From Phyllobates terribilis (taxonomy: Eukaryota), in assembly GCF_046119375.1 (NCBI RefSeq), contig NW_027362767.1, positions 137,702,001 through 137,766,000 on the forward strand: a stretch of DNA of 64,000 nt. Reading direction: 5' to 3'. The translations under genes and the position numbers were made by a program. Within the stretch, counting starts at the first letter, position 1, and the number at the start of each line of letters is the position of its first letter. Below the pieces are notes generated by a model. The model was not told the DNA's origin and did no database searches. It saw only the letters and a program-made list of their open reading frames with translations. This document shows, piece by piece, positions 40,837-52,906 of the stretch.

Positions 40837-43800
40837 TCACCCCACCATGATGCTGAACCCACAATGAAATTTATTTTTCCAGTGGTTCATAAAAGCCCCA
40901 AGGGCCAAGGTGAGGGGCAGAGGGGGCAGCCTCTTCTCCAGGACTCCCCCCACACACCAAGAACTGTCCACCGTCCCTTTAAATACCATGTTTGCCTTCG
41001 GGATGTCCAGGTGATATCCAAAAGCAAAGGACGTCTCCTGCAGACGAGTGTTCGCCTCAAACTCCACCCCGAGCCGGATCTGCGGGAAGAAACGGCGCGT
41101 CACAGGTATAATGTACAAGCCGGAATATAATGGACCAGAGCCTCGGGGTCAGCAGCTCCTTGGACGTCACCACTGTGCAGAGTCCGTCTCACCTGCTCGT
41201 TGGCTCTATGATAGTAGCTGGCGTGGGCTCCGCCGTACCCGATATTCAGAGTCGCTACCCAGTCCTGCGCTACAGGGAAACACAAGAGCAAAGTCACCGA
41301 CAATCGAGGCTTCACACACATGAGCTGTGACAACTATGTCCGAGGCACAAATCTGACAGTCCGGACCAGTCTAGAGGAAGTCCAACAGTCCAGAAAGACC
41401 TGGAAATCTGGACCAAGTGCCACTAGGTGAGACTGACGCTGGTCCGGTCTGTGGGACGATATGTCACACATCAAATCTATCCCCCAAACACCTCAGAAAA
41501 AGTCAGCCCAACATCTGTGGAGTATCCTCCAGTCACACCCAAAGCTATGCTCCCCACCCCCTCCAGCCGCCCCTAGAGCTGCCGCCTCCGCCGTGCTCCC
41601 CACCCCATCCAGCCGCCCCTAGAGCCACCACCACTCTCCCCCACCCCCTCCAGCCGCCCATAGAGCCACCGCCTTGCTCTCCACCCCCTCCAGAGCCACA
41701 GCCACCACGCTCCCCACCCCCTCCAGAGCCGCCGCCGCCACCACGCTCCCCACCCCTTCCAGCCGCAGCCATGCTCCCCACTCCCTCCAGCCGCCCCCAG
41801 AGCCGCCGCCATGCTTCCCACCCCCTCCGGAGCCAGAGCCACCACGCTCCTCACCCCCTCCGGCCGCCACCACGCTCCTTACCCCCTCCGGCCGCAGCCA
41901 TGCTCCCCCACCCCCTCCGGCTGCCCCCGGAGCCGCCGCCTTGCTCTCCACCCCCTCCATAGCCGCCGCCACCATGCTAACCACCCCCTCCAGCCGCAGC
42001 CATGCTCCCCACATCCTCCAGCCGCCCCTAGAGCCACAGCCTTGCTCTCCATCCCATCCAGCCGTCCCCAGAGCCGCAGCCACGCTCCCCACCTCATCCA
42101 GCCGCCCCTAGAGCCACCGCCACGCTCCCCACTCCCTCCAGCTACCCATAGAGCCACCATCTTGTTCTCCAGCCGTCCCCAGAGCCACCGCCACCATGCT
42201 CCCCACTCCCTCCAGCCACCACCTTGTTCTCCATCCGTCCCCAGAGCCACCGCCACCATGCTCCCCACCCCCTTCAGCTGCCCCGAGAGGTGCCGCCACA
42301 CTGCCCACACCCTCCAGCCGCCCTCAGAGCAGTCGCCACGCTCCCCCCCCTCCAGCTGCCGCCACACTCCCCACACCCTCCAGCCGCCCTCAGAGCAGTC
42401 GCCACGCTGCCCCCCTCCAGCCGCCGCCACACTCCCCACCCCGCTCTCCAGCCGCCGCCACACTCCCCACCCCGCTCTCCAGCCCCCAACTGCCCCATAA
42501 ATGTTATTATACTAAAGTCACACTAAAAGCTGCATTATGTATTATCCTCCACTCACAACCAAAGCTGGATATATAAATTGTTTTCATCATTGCAGAAAGA
42601 TGTGATCTCCGGCATTCTTAGACCAGAAGACCTGTGGCTGCAGCTTTGGATGTGAGCGGAGCACGAGACATAAGCACACCTGATGTGTCACTGTACCGGA
42701 GTATTTTCCTGCTAAAGTCAGGATGGCCCCTTCCTCCGCCATCCGCTGGTGGTAAACAAGTTCTCCGCCAAGGACCAGACGGGGAGTGATGCTCTGCAGG
42801 AAGTGCGTCACCAGGATCACTGCATACATAAAAAGGGAGAGGAGACGCCATCACCAGATTTACACTGAGCGCCACCCCCTGCTGGCCGCTGATCTGTAAG
42901 CAATCATGGAATTGGACGGAAGGGATGGCGCAGGGCAACGATTGGCCGTGCACAGACCACGCACCTGATTCGTTGATGATGTCGGGGTTTCCCAGAGTCA
43001 GGGTCCCCGTACAGTCGTCCCCCCTGTACTCCACATCCACCTGCCACGTCAGGAACTTGGAGTGATGTGTCTGCAGAAAAAAAATCCACAATGTCACCGG
43101 CTCCATGGCCCCCTCCGACGCCCCCTGGGTGCGGGTCTGTTCCTCCTACCTGGAACACTGCCTTGGAGCGGATGCGTTCGGCCAGCAGACAGGCTGCCTG
43201 GGCATTGAGGCTCCCCGCGTTGTCCAGGTCTCCGGTCAGCAGAGGAAACGTCTGGAAGGAGAGAGAAGAGGCGATGAATACAATGAGGCCTCCTGATTGG
43301 TCAGCATGGTGGCGGTCCGGGGAGCGCGTACCTCGCTGGCACCGGCCAGAGCGTCTCCGATGTACTTGGCATTGAAGTGATAACCAGAGAGGCCGATGGT
43401 GCTCATGTGTATGAGGTGGCTGACCTGTGGGCAGGAGAGGGTTAATTAGGGATTACTCTAAGAAAGACCACAGCCCCACTATCAGTATTTGGTCAGTATT
43501 TTCTCTCAGGAGTGGGTGATAAATGCAGAATTGGTGACTTGTTTCTATTACACCTTTTCTCTGATTGTTCCTCATCTGGTTTTGGCTCCAACTCCTGAGA
43601 GAAAATACTGACCAAATACGGATAGTGGGGACGTGGCCTAACAGTTAGTGGAAAGGCCTCTGCCGGCTGTCAGTGAATGATGGGGTCTCACAAAGGACGG
43701 TTTTGACCGGATACAACAAGCACAAACCCTCAGAAGTATCAGATTCGGGGGGTTCTCGTACACTGACAGGAAGCAGAGATCCTGAATATGGAGAAGAATA

Positions 43801-44503
43801 GAAACACAAGGTCTAATGGAAGGTTGTCAGGTGTCAGATACCTGGAGGTGACTGCTCAGGGTCTTGTTGATGATGAGCTTCATCCCCTCCATCTGCTGCG
43901 GGAAAACCTCTGCAAGAGCAAGAGAAACTGTAACACAGACCCCCCCCCTCCCCCCAACTACCACAGGGGGGGGTGCCGCTGAGCCATGCAGAGCCCCCCG
44001 CTACCACAGGAGGAACTCATTGAGCCAAGAAGAGCCCTCAGTACTATAGGCGGACCCCTTAATCTAGGCTGAGCCCCCGGTTCCACAGGAAGAGTCCTTG
44101 ACACCATATGGAAAGCTCCCAAGAACCACAGGTAGAGCCCCCATAATCTATAGGCTGAGCCCCCTGGTACCAAAGGGAGAGCTGCCATAATCTAGGCAGA
44201 GCCCCCCAGTACTACAGTGAGGGCCCCCATAACCTAGGCACAGCCCCCGGTACTACAAATAGATCCCCCATAATGTAGACAAATCCCCCATAATCTAATC
44301 AGTGCCCCTGGTAACATAGAGAGAGACCCCATAATCTAGGCAGAGCCCCCTGTACTATTGGGGGATCCCACAATCCAGGCGGACTTCTCACCTTTGCAGC
44401 TCCTATGCAGCTCGTCAAAGCTCCCAGGGTTGGGCAGCGCCGCTCGTCTCCGCCTCGTCCACCAAGAGCCTCCGGGGGGCGACACTGCCAGGACGTTGCC
44501 CAT
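40837..44503 (-). CDS. tomm40l: Mitochondrial outer-membrane translocase TOM40-like, 8 coding exons, 307 aa
   Basis: Exons (minus strand) 44503-44392, 43909-43842, 43424-43332, 43251-43150, 43070-42965, 42819-42697, 41269-41193, 41079-40837, totalling 924 nt in frame. Sequence [10 protein letters not shown]...[15 protein letters not shown]...[16 protein letters not shown]. The short N-terminus and the position next to nr1i3 indicate the TOMM40L paralog. Confidence 0.93.
41545..42495. repeat. Degenerate C-rich repeat (CCACCCCCTCCAGCCGCCCCTAGAGCC) in a tomm40l intron
   Basis: Direct reading. Confidence 0.85.
43990..44360. repeat. Degenerate ~40-bp repeat (CCCATAATCTAGGCAGAGCCCCC) in a tomm40l intron
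   Basis: Direct reading. Confidence 0.75.
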
Positions 44504-44779
44504 GGCGGGGGATTGCTGGACGCAGTCACTTTCGGGGGGCGCTGGGCTCAGACCAGTACTCACAGACGTGAGGGGGCCCGAACATTATCAGCGACACCTG
44601 AGAGAAGAGACGTGTCAGCTGGGCACATGGTCACCGCAGACCCCCAGACATGTAGAATGGGGGGGGCCACCAAACCCCTCAAAGTCATAACACATAATCC
44701 CGGGAGTCTGCACCTAGGACTCACCCCTGAGCCGCCTGCTCCTCCATCAGCTCCTCCTGTCCCCAATCTCCTACTATTC

Positions 44780-45100
44780 ATGTCACCAGCATGATAGCAG
44801 CCATTGTAACTGCTGGTAGGCTCCGCCTAGTGACGTCCCCGGCGGCCATTTGAAGTATGGGCAAAAGAAATTGGGCGGTGCACGCCGTTGCCAGGGAAAC
44901 GGAAGGCAGAAGAAGCAGGAATTACAGAATGTAATACAAATATAAAATGCAGAAAGACCTGGCAGGCAACGGAGCCGGGGGACGGAATCAGCGGAGTCAC
45001 GTGACTCGGTAGAGCTGGCCCTTTAAGTCACTAGGGCCGTCATGTGACACGACGCAGCGCTGTGATTGGCTGCTCCCGTTGGGCCCTTGGCTTCCGGTTG
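44780..45100. promoter_or_regulatory. Bidirectional CpG promoter shared by tomm40l and slc25a44
   Basis: TGACGTC, YY1-like GCGGCCATTT, GTCACGTGAC (44996-45005), GTCATGTGAC, reverse CCAAT (GATTGGCTG) and ETS-like CTTCCGG between head-to-head genes. Confidence 0.7.
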
Positions 45101-45714
45101 TGGGGCAGGCGAGTGGTGGAGCAAGGTGTCCCCGGCAAGAGAGGGCGGAGGAGCTGCCGCAGCTGGTACCTGTACACACGTGGAGCCCGAGGGAGAGGTA
45201 CCGCAGCCGGGGGAAGGCCATGAGTCCTGCACGGGCACTACAACCCTCAGCATGGAGCTACAAGTCCCAGCATGTCCTGTGAGAGCACAGCATATTCTGG
45301 GACTACAAGTCCCAGCCTGGCGCTCCCACGATATGCTGAGATTTCTGGGGTGTATCTGATTGCTGTATCTAAGCCGTGTCTGTATCTCATCAGGTGATGT
45401 GTGTGCAGCCTCCGCCTGGGATGATGGCGCTGCGCCCCCCGGAGGACAGTGCCCTGTGAGAGGTAAGTGGTTGTTTGACCCCCACAGCCAGTGCAGGGTC
45501 CTCATACACAACACTACATGATGAGCGGGGTGTAAGGAGCCACTCCGGAGAGGGTTAACCCTGAGCCCTGGGGGGACGATAGAGCAAAGTTCTGGAGCCT
45601 CCAGGTCACCGACCTTATCAGATCAGCATTGTATGGGGACGAGGCGGGAGATGGCGCCCGAGATAATGGGCAATACACTACCTGTATCACTAGATAATGC
45701 CCAGGTTATACCGC

Positions 45715-48700
45715 CTGTAGATGTATAATTACATACACACAGGAGATGCCCGGCTAATACCGGCTGCACATGTAGAATTACATACACACAGGAGATGCCC
45801 GGCTAATACCGGCTGCACATGTATAATTACATACATACAGGAGATGCCCGGCTAATACCGGCTGCACATGTATAATTACATACATACAGGAGATGCCCGG
45901 CTAATACCGGCTGCACATGTATAATTACATACATACAGGAGATGCCCGGCTAATACCGCCTGTAGATGTATAATTACATACATACAGGAGATGCCTGGCT
46001 AATACCGCCTGTAGATGTATAATTACATACATACAGGAGATGCCCGGCTAATACCGGCTGCACATGTATAATTACATACATACAGGAGATGCCCGGCTAA
46101 TACCGGCTGCACATGTATAATTACATACATACATACAGGAGATGCCCGGCTAATACCGGCTGCACATGTATAATTACATACATACAGGAGATGCCCAGCT
46201 AATACCGGCTGCACATGTATAATTACATACATACATACAGGAGATGCCCAGCTAATACCGGCTGCACATGTATAATTACATACATACATACAGGAGATGC
46301 CCGGCTAATACCGGCTGCACATGTATAATTACATACATACAGGAGATGCCCGGCTAATACCGGCTGCACATGTAGAATTACATACATACAGGAGATGCCC
46401 AGCTAATACCGGCTGCACATGTAGAATTACATACATACAGGAGATGCCCAGCTAATACCGGCTGCACATGTAGAATTACATACATACAGGAGATGCCCGG
46501 CTAATACCGGCTGCACATGTAGAATTACATACATACAGGAGATGCCCGGCTAATACCGGCTGCACATGTAGAATTACATACATACAGGAGATGCCCGGCT
46601 AATACCGGCTGCACATGTAGAATTACATACATACAGGAGATGCCCGGCTAATACCGGCTGCACATGTAGAATTACATACATACAGGAGATGCCCGGCTAA
46701 TACCGGCTGCACATGTAGAATTACATACATACAGGAGATGCCCGGCTAATACCGGCTGCACATGTAGAATTACATACATACAGGAGATGCCCGGCTAATA
46801 CCGGCTGCACATGTAGAATTACATACATACAGGAGATGCCCGGCTAATACCGGCTGCACATGTAGAATTACATACATACAGGAGATGCCCGGCTAATACC
46901 GGCTGCACATGTAGAATTACATACATACAGGAGATGCCCGGCTAATACCGGCTGCACATGTAGAATTACATACATACAGGAGATGCCCGGCTAATACCGG
47001 CTGCACATGTAGAATTACATACATACAGGAGATGCCCGGCTAATACCGGCTGCACATGTAGAATTACATACATACAGGAGATGCCCGGCTAATACCGGCT
47101 GCACATGTAGAATTACATACATACAGGAGATGCCCGGCTAATACCGGCTGCACATGTAGAATTACATACATACAGGAGATGCCCGGCTAATACCGGCTGC
47201 ACATGTAGAATTACATACATACAGGAGATGCCCGGCTAATACCGGCTGCACATGTAGAATTACATACATACAGGAGATGCCCGGCTAATACCGGCTGCAC
47301 ATGTAGAATTACATACATACAGGAGATGCCCGGCTAATACCGGCTGCACATGTAGAATTACATACATACAGGAGATGCCCGGCTAATACCGGCTGCACAT
47401 GTAGAATTACATACATACAGGAGATGCCCGGCTAATACCGGCTGCACATGTAGAATTACATACATACAGGAGATGCCCGGCTAATACCGGCTGCACATGT
47501 AGAATTACATACATACAGGAGATGCCCGGCTAATACCGGCTGCACATGTAGAATTACATACATACAGGAGATGCCCGGCTAATACCGGCTGCACATGTAG
47601 AATTACATACATACAGGAGATGCCCGGCTAATACCGGCTGCACATGTAGAATTACATACACACAGGAGATGCCTGGCTAATACTGGCTGCACATGTAGAA
47701 TTACATACACACAGGAGATGCCCGGCTAATACCGGCTGCACATGTAGAATTACATACATACATACAGGAGATGCCCGGCTAATACCGGCTGCACATGTAG
47801 AATTACATACACACAGGAGATGCCTGGCTAATACCGGCTGCACATGTAGAATTACATACAGGAGATGCCTGGCTAATACCGGCTGCACATGTAGAATTAC
47901 ATACACACAGGCGATGCCTGGCTAATACCGGCTGCACATGTATAATTACATACAGGAGATGCCTGGCTAATACCGGCTGCACATGTAGAATTACATACAC
48001 ACAGGAGATGCCCGGCTAATACCGGCTGCACGTGTAGAATTACATACACACAGGAGATGCCCGGCTAATACCGGCTGCACGTGTAGAATTACATACACAC
48101 AGGAGATGCCCGGCTAATACCGGCTGCACGTGTAGAATTACATACACACAGGAGATGCCCGGCTAATACCGGCTGCACGTGTAGAATTACATACATACAG
48201 GAGATGCCCGGCTAATACCGGCTGCACGTGTAGAATTACATACATACAGGAGATGCCCGGCTAATACCGGCTGCACGTGTAGAATTACATACATACAGGA
48301 GATGCCCGGCTAATACCGGCTGCACGTGTAGAATTACATACATACAGGAGATGCCCGGCTAATACCGGCTGCACATGTATAATTACATACATACAGGAGA
48401 TGCCCGGCTAATACCGGCTGCACATGTATAATTACATACATACAGGAGATGCCCGGCTAATACCGGCTGCACATGTACAATTACTAGTGTTGAGCGAGTA
48501 TGTTTTGTCCGAGTATGCTCGGGCCGAGCTCCGAGTATTTACAGCTGCTCGGTGATAAGGTTAAATCGCCCCCGTGTGCATGATTTGCAACTGTTTGACA
48601 GCTTTATTACATGTGAGGAATATGTAAGAAATAGACATCACTCACATGTAATAAAGCTGTCAAACAGTTGCAAATCATGCACACGGGAGCGATTCAAGCA

Positions 48701-48822
48701 TATCACCGAGCAGCTGTAAATACTCGGAGCTCGGCCCGAGCATACTCGGCGAAAGGGTTAATAGAACATACTCGCTCAATACTAATAATTACATACTGGA
48801 GATGCCCGGCTAATACCGGCTG
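45715..48822. repeat. 49-bp minisatellite (TACATACATACAGGAGATGCCCGGCTAATACCGGCTGCACATGTAGAAT) in the slc25a44 5' intron
   Basis: Period measured as 49; the centre is highly homogeneous. Confidence 0.97.
48485..48784. mobile_element. Palindromic MITE (~300 bp) inside the 49-bp array
   Basis: Ends TAGTGTTGAGCGAGTATG and CATACTCGCTCAATACTA; internal inverted arms (tactcggagctcggcccgagcatactcgg). Confidence 0.75.
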
Positions 48823-48868
48823 TACATTGCTCTCTCGGCAGTGGAGGTGACTTTTTCTGCTTGAAGAT

Positions 48869-50223
48869 ATGGAGGATAAGAGGAACATCCAGATCATAGA
48901 GTGGGAACATCTGGACAAGAAGAAGTTCTATGTGTTCGGGGTGTGTATGACTATGATGATCCGGGTCAGCGTTTACCCCTTCACTCTGATCCGGACGCGA
49001 CTTCAGGTCCAGAAGGGGAAGAGTCTGTACAATGGGACGTTTGACGCCTTTGTGAAGATCCTGCGGTCGGAAGGCGCGGCCGGACTTTACCGCGGATTCC
49101 TGGTGAATACCTTCACGCTGATCTCCGGCCAGTGCTATGTCACCACCTATGAACTGACCCGCAAATACGTCTCGCAGTACAGCAGCAGCAACACGGTGAA
49201 GTCTCTGGTGGCGGGAGGCTCCGCATCGCTGGTGGCTCAGAGCATCACTGTTCCCATAGACGTCATTTCCCAGCACCTCATGATGCAGCGGATGGGTGAG
49301 AGCATGGGCCGGTTCCGTGTACGAGCCGCCGACCGGAAACGAGCTGTGATGTTCGGGCAGACCAAGGACATCATCCTGCAGATCTTCAAGGCCGATGGTC
49401 TGAAGGGATTCTACCGAGGATATGTAGCCTCGCTGCTCACCTACATCCCCAACAGCGCCGTCTGGTGGCCGTTCTATCACTTCTACGCAGGTAGGTCCTA
49501 AATACACGCTAGAGAGCAGAGGTGGCATCATGGAAAATACCGCCTATCTTGTCACTAGAGGTGGTGGTGGAGGGTGTGCCGCCCGTGCTCCGGAAGGTGC
49601 CGCTTGTACCTACTGACATTTGATTCTTGTTCTTCTAGAACAACTGTCCCGCTTGTCGCCCCAGGACTGTCCTCACCTCTTGCTTCAGGCCATCTCTGGC
49701 CCACTGGCCGCAGCCACAGCATCGACCATCACCAACCCGATGGACGTCATAAGAGCCCGTGTGCAGGTAATGACATGATGGCATGAGATGCACCAGTTGG
49801 GAGAAGCTTAGTTGCTGTGCAGCCAGTAAACACACTAGCCTCATCAGGAATATGGGAGTTTAGTCTGCTGGTATTACAATCCTGTCCTGTCACAGCCAGA
49901 GCTGATGGACAGATCTTTCTTGTATCACCAAGATGGGCCACAACTCCCCACTATTGTACCTCGGGGGGGCAGATTACAGTAGTTTTCTTCTGTGTGTGTA
50001 TTGGGATATAATCATTCATTTCTTATTGCAGGTGGAAGGGAAAAGCTCAATTATTAACACGTTTCGGCAGCTCATGGTTGAGGAGGGACCCTGGGGTCTG
50101 ACCAAAGGCCTTTCCGCTCGGATTATCTCATCCACCCCCTCCACCATTGTTATAGTGGTGGGCTATGAGACTCTGAAGAAGCTGAGCCTTCGCCCGGAGC
50201 TGGTGGACTCCAGACATTGGTGA
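48869..50223 (+). CDS. slc25a44: Mitochondrial carrier SLC25A44, 3 coding exons, 313 aa
   Basis: Exons 48869-49490, 49639-49766, 50032-50223 (942 nt). Sequence MEDKRNIQIIEWEHLDKKKFYVFG...YPFTLIRTRLQVQKG...ELVDSRHW*, with mitochondrial carrier signature motifs. Confidence 0.96.
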
Positions 50224-51769
50224 CTACCGCTATAGTGGCGGTACTATATATATGTATGTGTGGGTGATGCACCCAGGACAGTGCAGAACATGACGCAGGA
50301 CTTACGATTCCACTGGAGAGTACACAATGTGTGTATATATTTATTTTGTGTAATGTGCACATGGACCGTATATTATACAGTCAGGACCGGGTGTCGTCTT
50401 CTCAAGAAAACCACTTCTTCTGCACTGGAGCTCCTTGTGGTCCCACCGGGAACTTGGCATCTGCCAGTGTGGATTTTTCTCCACTGTGACCACCGAAATG
50501 ATTTTGTGTGGACACGTGGCGGCCTTCTTTTTATTCCTTTTGTTTCTAGAATGACCTGGAGATTTTTATACCGAGCTCTACACGAGTGATTTTATTTTTA
50601 TGTGATTGCCAAATCCAGGGGCGAGTTTACACGTGGAAGAACGAGGCGGCCTTGTCATTCACTGGTTGAAAATATTTTTTTTTATGGTGGTTTGTTATTG
50701 TTTTCTGTTTTTTCCTTTTTAATGTTTGGACTTTTTTGTTTAGAGTTTTTGTATTTGTCTTTTTTTTCTCTCTGTGCAATGGTTAATTAATGATTAACCC
50801 CTCATCCAGAACGCGTTGCAGGTTATTAAACTTAAGTTTGATCAGGTGATGACAGAGGGATTGATAAGGTCTGGTCTGCTCCTATGTAACCTCTTGTATT
50901 TGTACCTACGTGTGTATACAGCCCGTCCAGATTCTACTAACGATAGTGGGGATGTGGACGCCACTGTTTCCCTATAGGTAATGACCTATTTTATCTACTG
51001 ACACCCTTTTTACTTCTCTCATTCTGTTCCATAAATCCTTTCCCTTTTGGATATTAAATGTCAAAAATTGAGATACACACAATATTTTTTTTAGCTTTCT
51101 ATCTCAGGTGAGGGGTGGGCTGCACATTACACGGGAGGGGTCCACTGAGTTACTGGGTGCGGCCTCCCTCGATCGCAGAGATGGGCAACCTGATAAAGAT
51201 TTCAAAGTTTGAATACAAGTCAGATCACTCATCTGCCTTAATTGGGGGTAGAACACAGCCCCATCGCGGTGCCTCTGCCGGCCGCTGTAGTCTGGTTCTA
51301 TGTCTTCCCCAGGTACGGGATTCGCACACCTGCCCTTCCATTGTGTAACTTGAAGCTTGTGGAAAATATCATAGTACTGGTCTTCTCGTGTGAGACAGCC
51401 ACCTTTTCGGATCCCCGAGGTGTGACTCCAGCCCCCACAGCCGTCCATGTACTGGAAGACACGATTCCTCTGAGCCGGCCGCCATCATCCATAACTCCGT
51501 AGACCAGTTCTGATTATCCAGTATCTGTAGTGGTGAACAAGACAGCATGGCCACTCGGACCAGTTTGTGGTGTCACAGGCTGTGTCCCAACATCTTTATA
51601 GTTTACTTTTTCAATAATTTGGGGTCTAGTCACTTTTCTATCAGAATAGACAGGCTGCCGTCCCTCCCTACACGCTGACAGGGGGCTTTGGTAGCCATGA
51701 AGACGATTCAGCAAATGTCCAGCGTTCAGCCTTTTTTAGGAAAAACCTAGCATAATCCAACAATCGGTG

Positions 51770-52285
51770 GGAAACTCCCCGCGGGCTCCGACCACCTGCG
51801 GGAACCTCCCCGCGCGCTCCGACCACCTGCGGGAACCTCCCCGCGCGCTCCAACCACCTGCGGGAACCTCCCCGCGCGCTCCGGCCACCTGCCGGAACCT
51901 CCCCGCGTGCTCCGGCCACCTGCCGGAACCTCCCCGCGGGCTCCGGCCACCTGCCGGAACCTCCCCGCGGGCTCCGGCCACCTGCGGGAACCTCCCCGCG
52001 GGCTCCGGCCACCTGCGGGAACCTCCCCGCGGGCTCCGGCCACCTGCGGGAACCTCCCCGCGGGCTCCGGCCACCTGCGGGAACCTCCCCGCGGGCTCCG
52101 GCCACCTGCCGGAACCTCCCCGCGGGCTCCGACCACCTGCCGGAACCTCCCCGCGGGCTCCGACCACCTGCCGGAACCTCCCCGCGGGCTCCGACCACCT
52201 GCCGGAACCTCCCCGCGGGCTCCGACCACCTGCCGGAACCTCCCCGCGGGAGATGACCACCTGCCGGAACCTCCCCGCGGGAGAT
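51770..52285. repeat. 31-bp GC/CpG-rich minisatellite (GCGGGCTCCGGCCACCTGCCGGAACCTCCCC)
   Basis: Direct reading. Confidence 0.95.
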
Positions 52286-52799
52286 GACGATCACATACCA
52301 GAAACTCTCTGAGGAAAACAGCCATCTACCGGAAGCTCACGGCTGGACATGCCCATTTACCGGAAAGGCCCTGACCAGCTGCCAGAAACTCCCTGTGGCT
52401 GCCGACCGTGTATTGGAAAGGCCCAGCGGGATGCGCCCATATACTGCACACTCCCCCAGGAGACCATACGCGCATACAGGGCACAATGGTGGTATATAGT
52501 GTGGCTCCCGGCCCTGCTGTGTGCTCTCACCCTAGGAGCGTATACACACTGCGTTAGTTTACGGTCTGTTACAGCCATGATGTGCTCAGTGCAGGAGTAG
52601 CCATGACGATGTGGCTGCAGCCATGAATAGAGAACAGGTCCTGTTGCCTAGCAACACGTGCCGCCGTTACTGGGTGACCACCGTGGGTCTCTGCACCAGG
52701 TACACTCTGCGGTTTCTGGCTGCGGTTACATCTGAGGCCGCTGACCAGTGCTATCATGTTATACGAGCTCGTTATAAAGGATTTTCTATTATTTCTGTT

Positions 52800-52870
52800 C
52801 CTTCAGCCAGTCACGTGACACGCCGGATGCGGCTCTTGTGAGTGACAGCCGGAGCAGCCAATCAGGAGGT
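52800..52870 (+). promoter_or_regulatory. pmf1 proximal promoter
   Basis: GTCACGTGAC at 52810-52819 and a CCAAT box (CAGCCAATCAGG) just upstream of the ATG. Confidence 0.6.
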
Positions 52871-52906
52871 AGGAGCGTGTGGCGGGAAAAACACTGGACG
52901 GCGACG

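Noticed and set aside
41417-42500. Pro/Gly-rich ORFs on both strands
   Set aside because: Low-complexity C-rich repeat inside a tomm40l intron.
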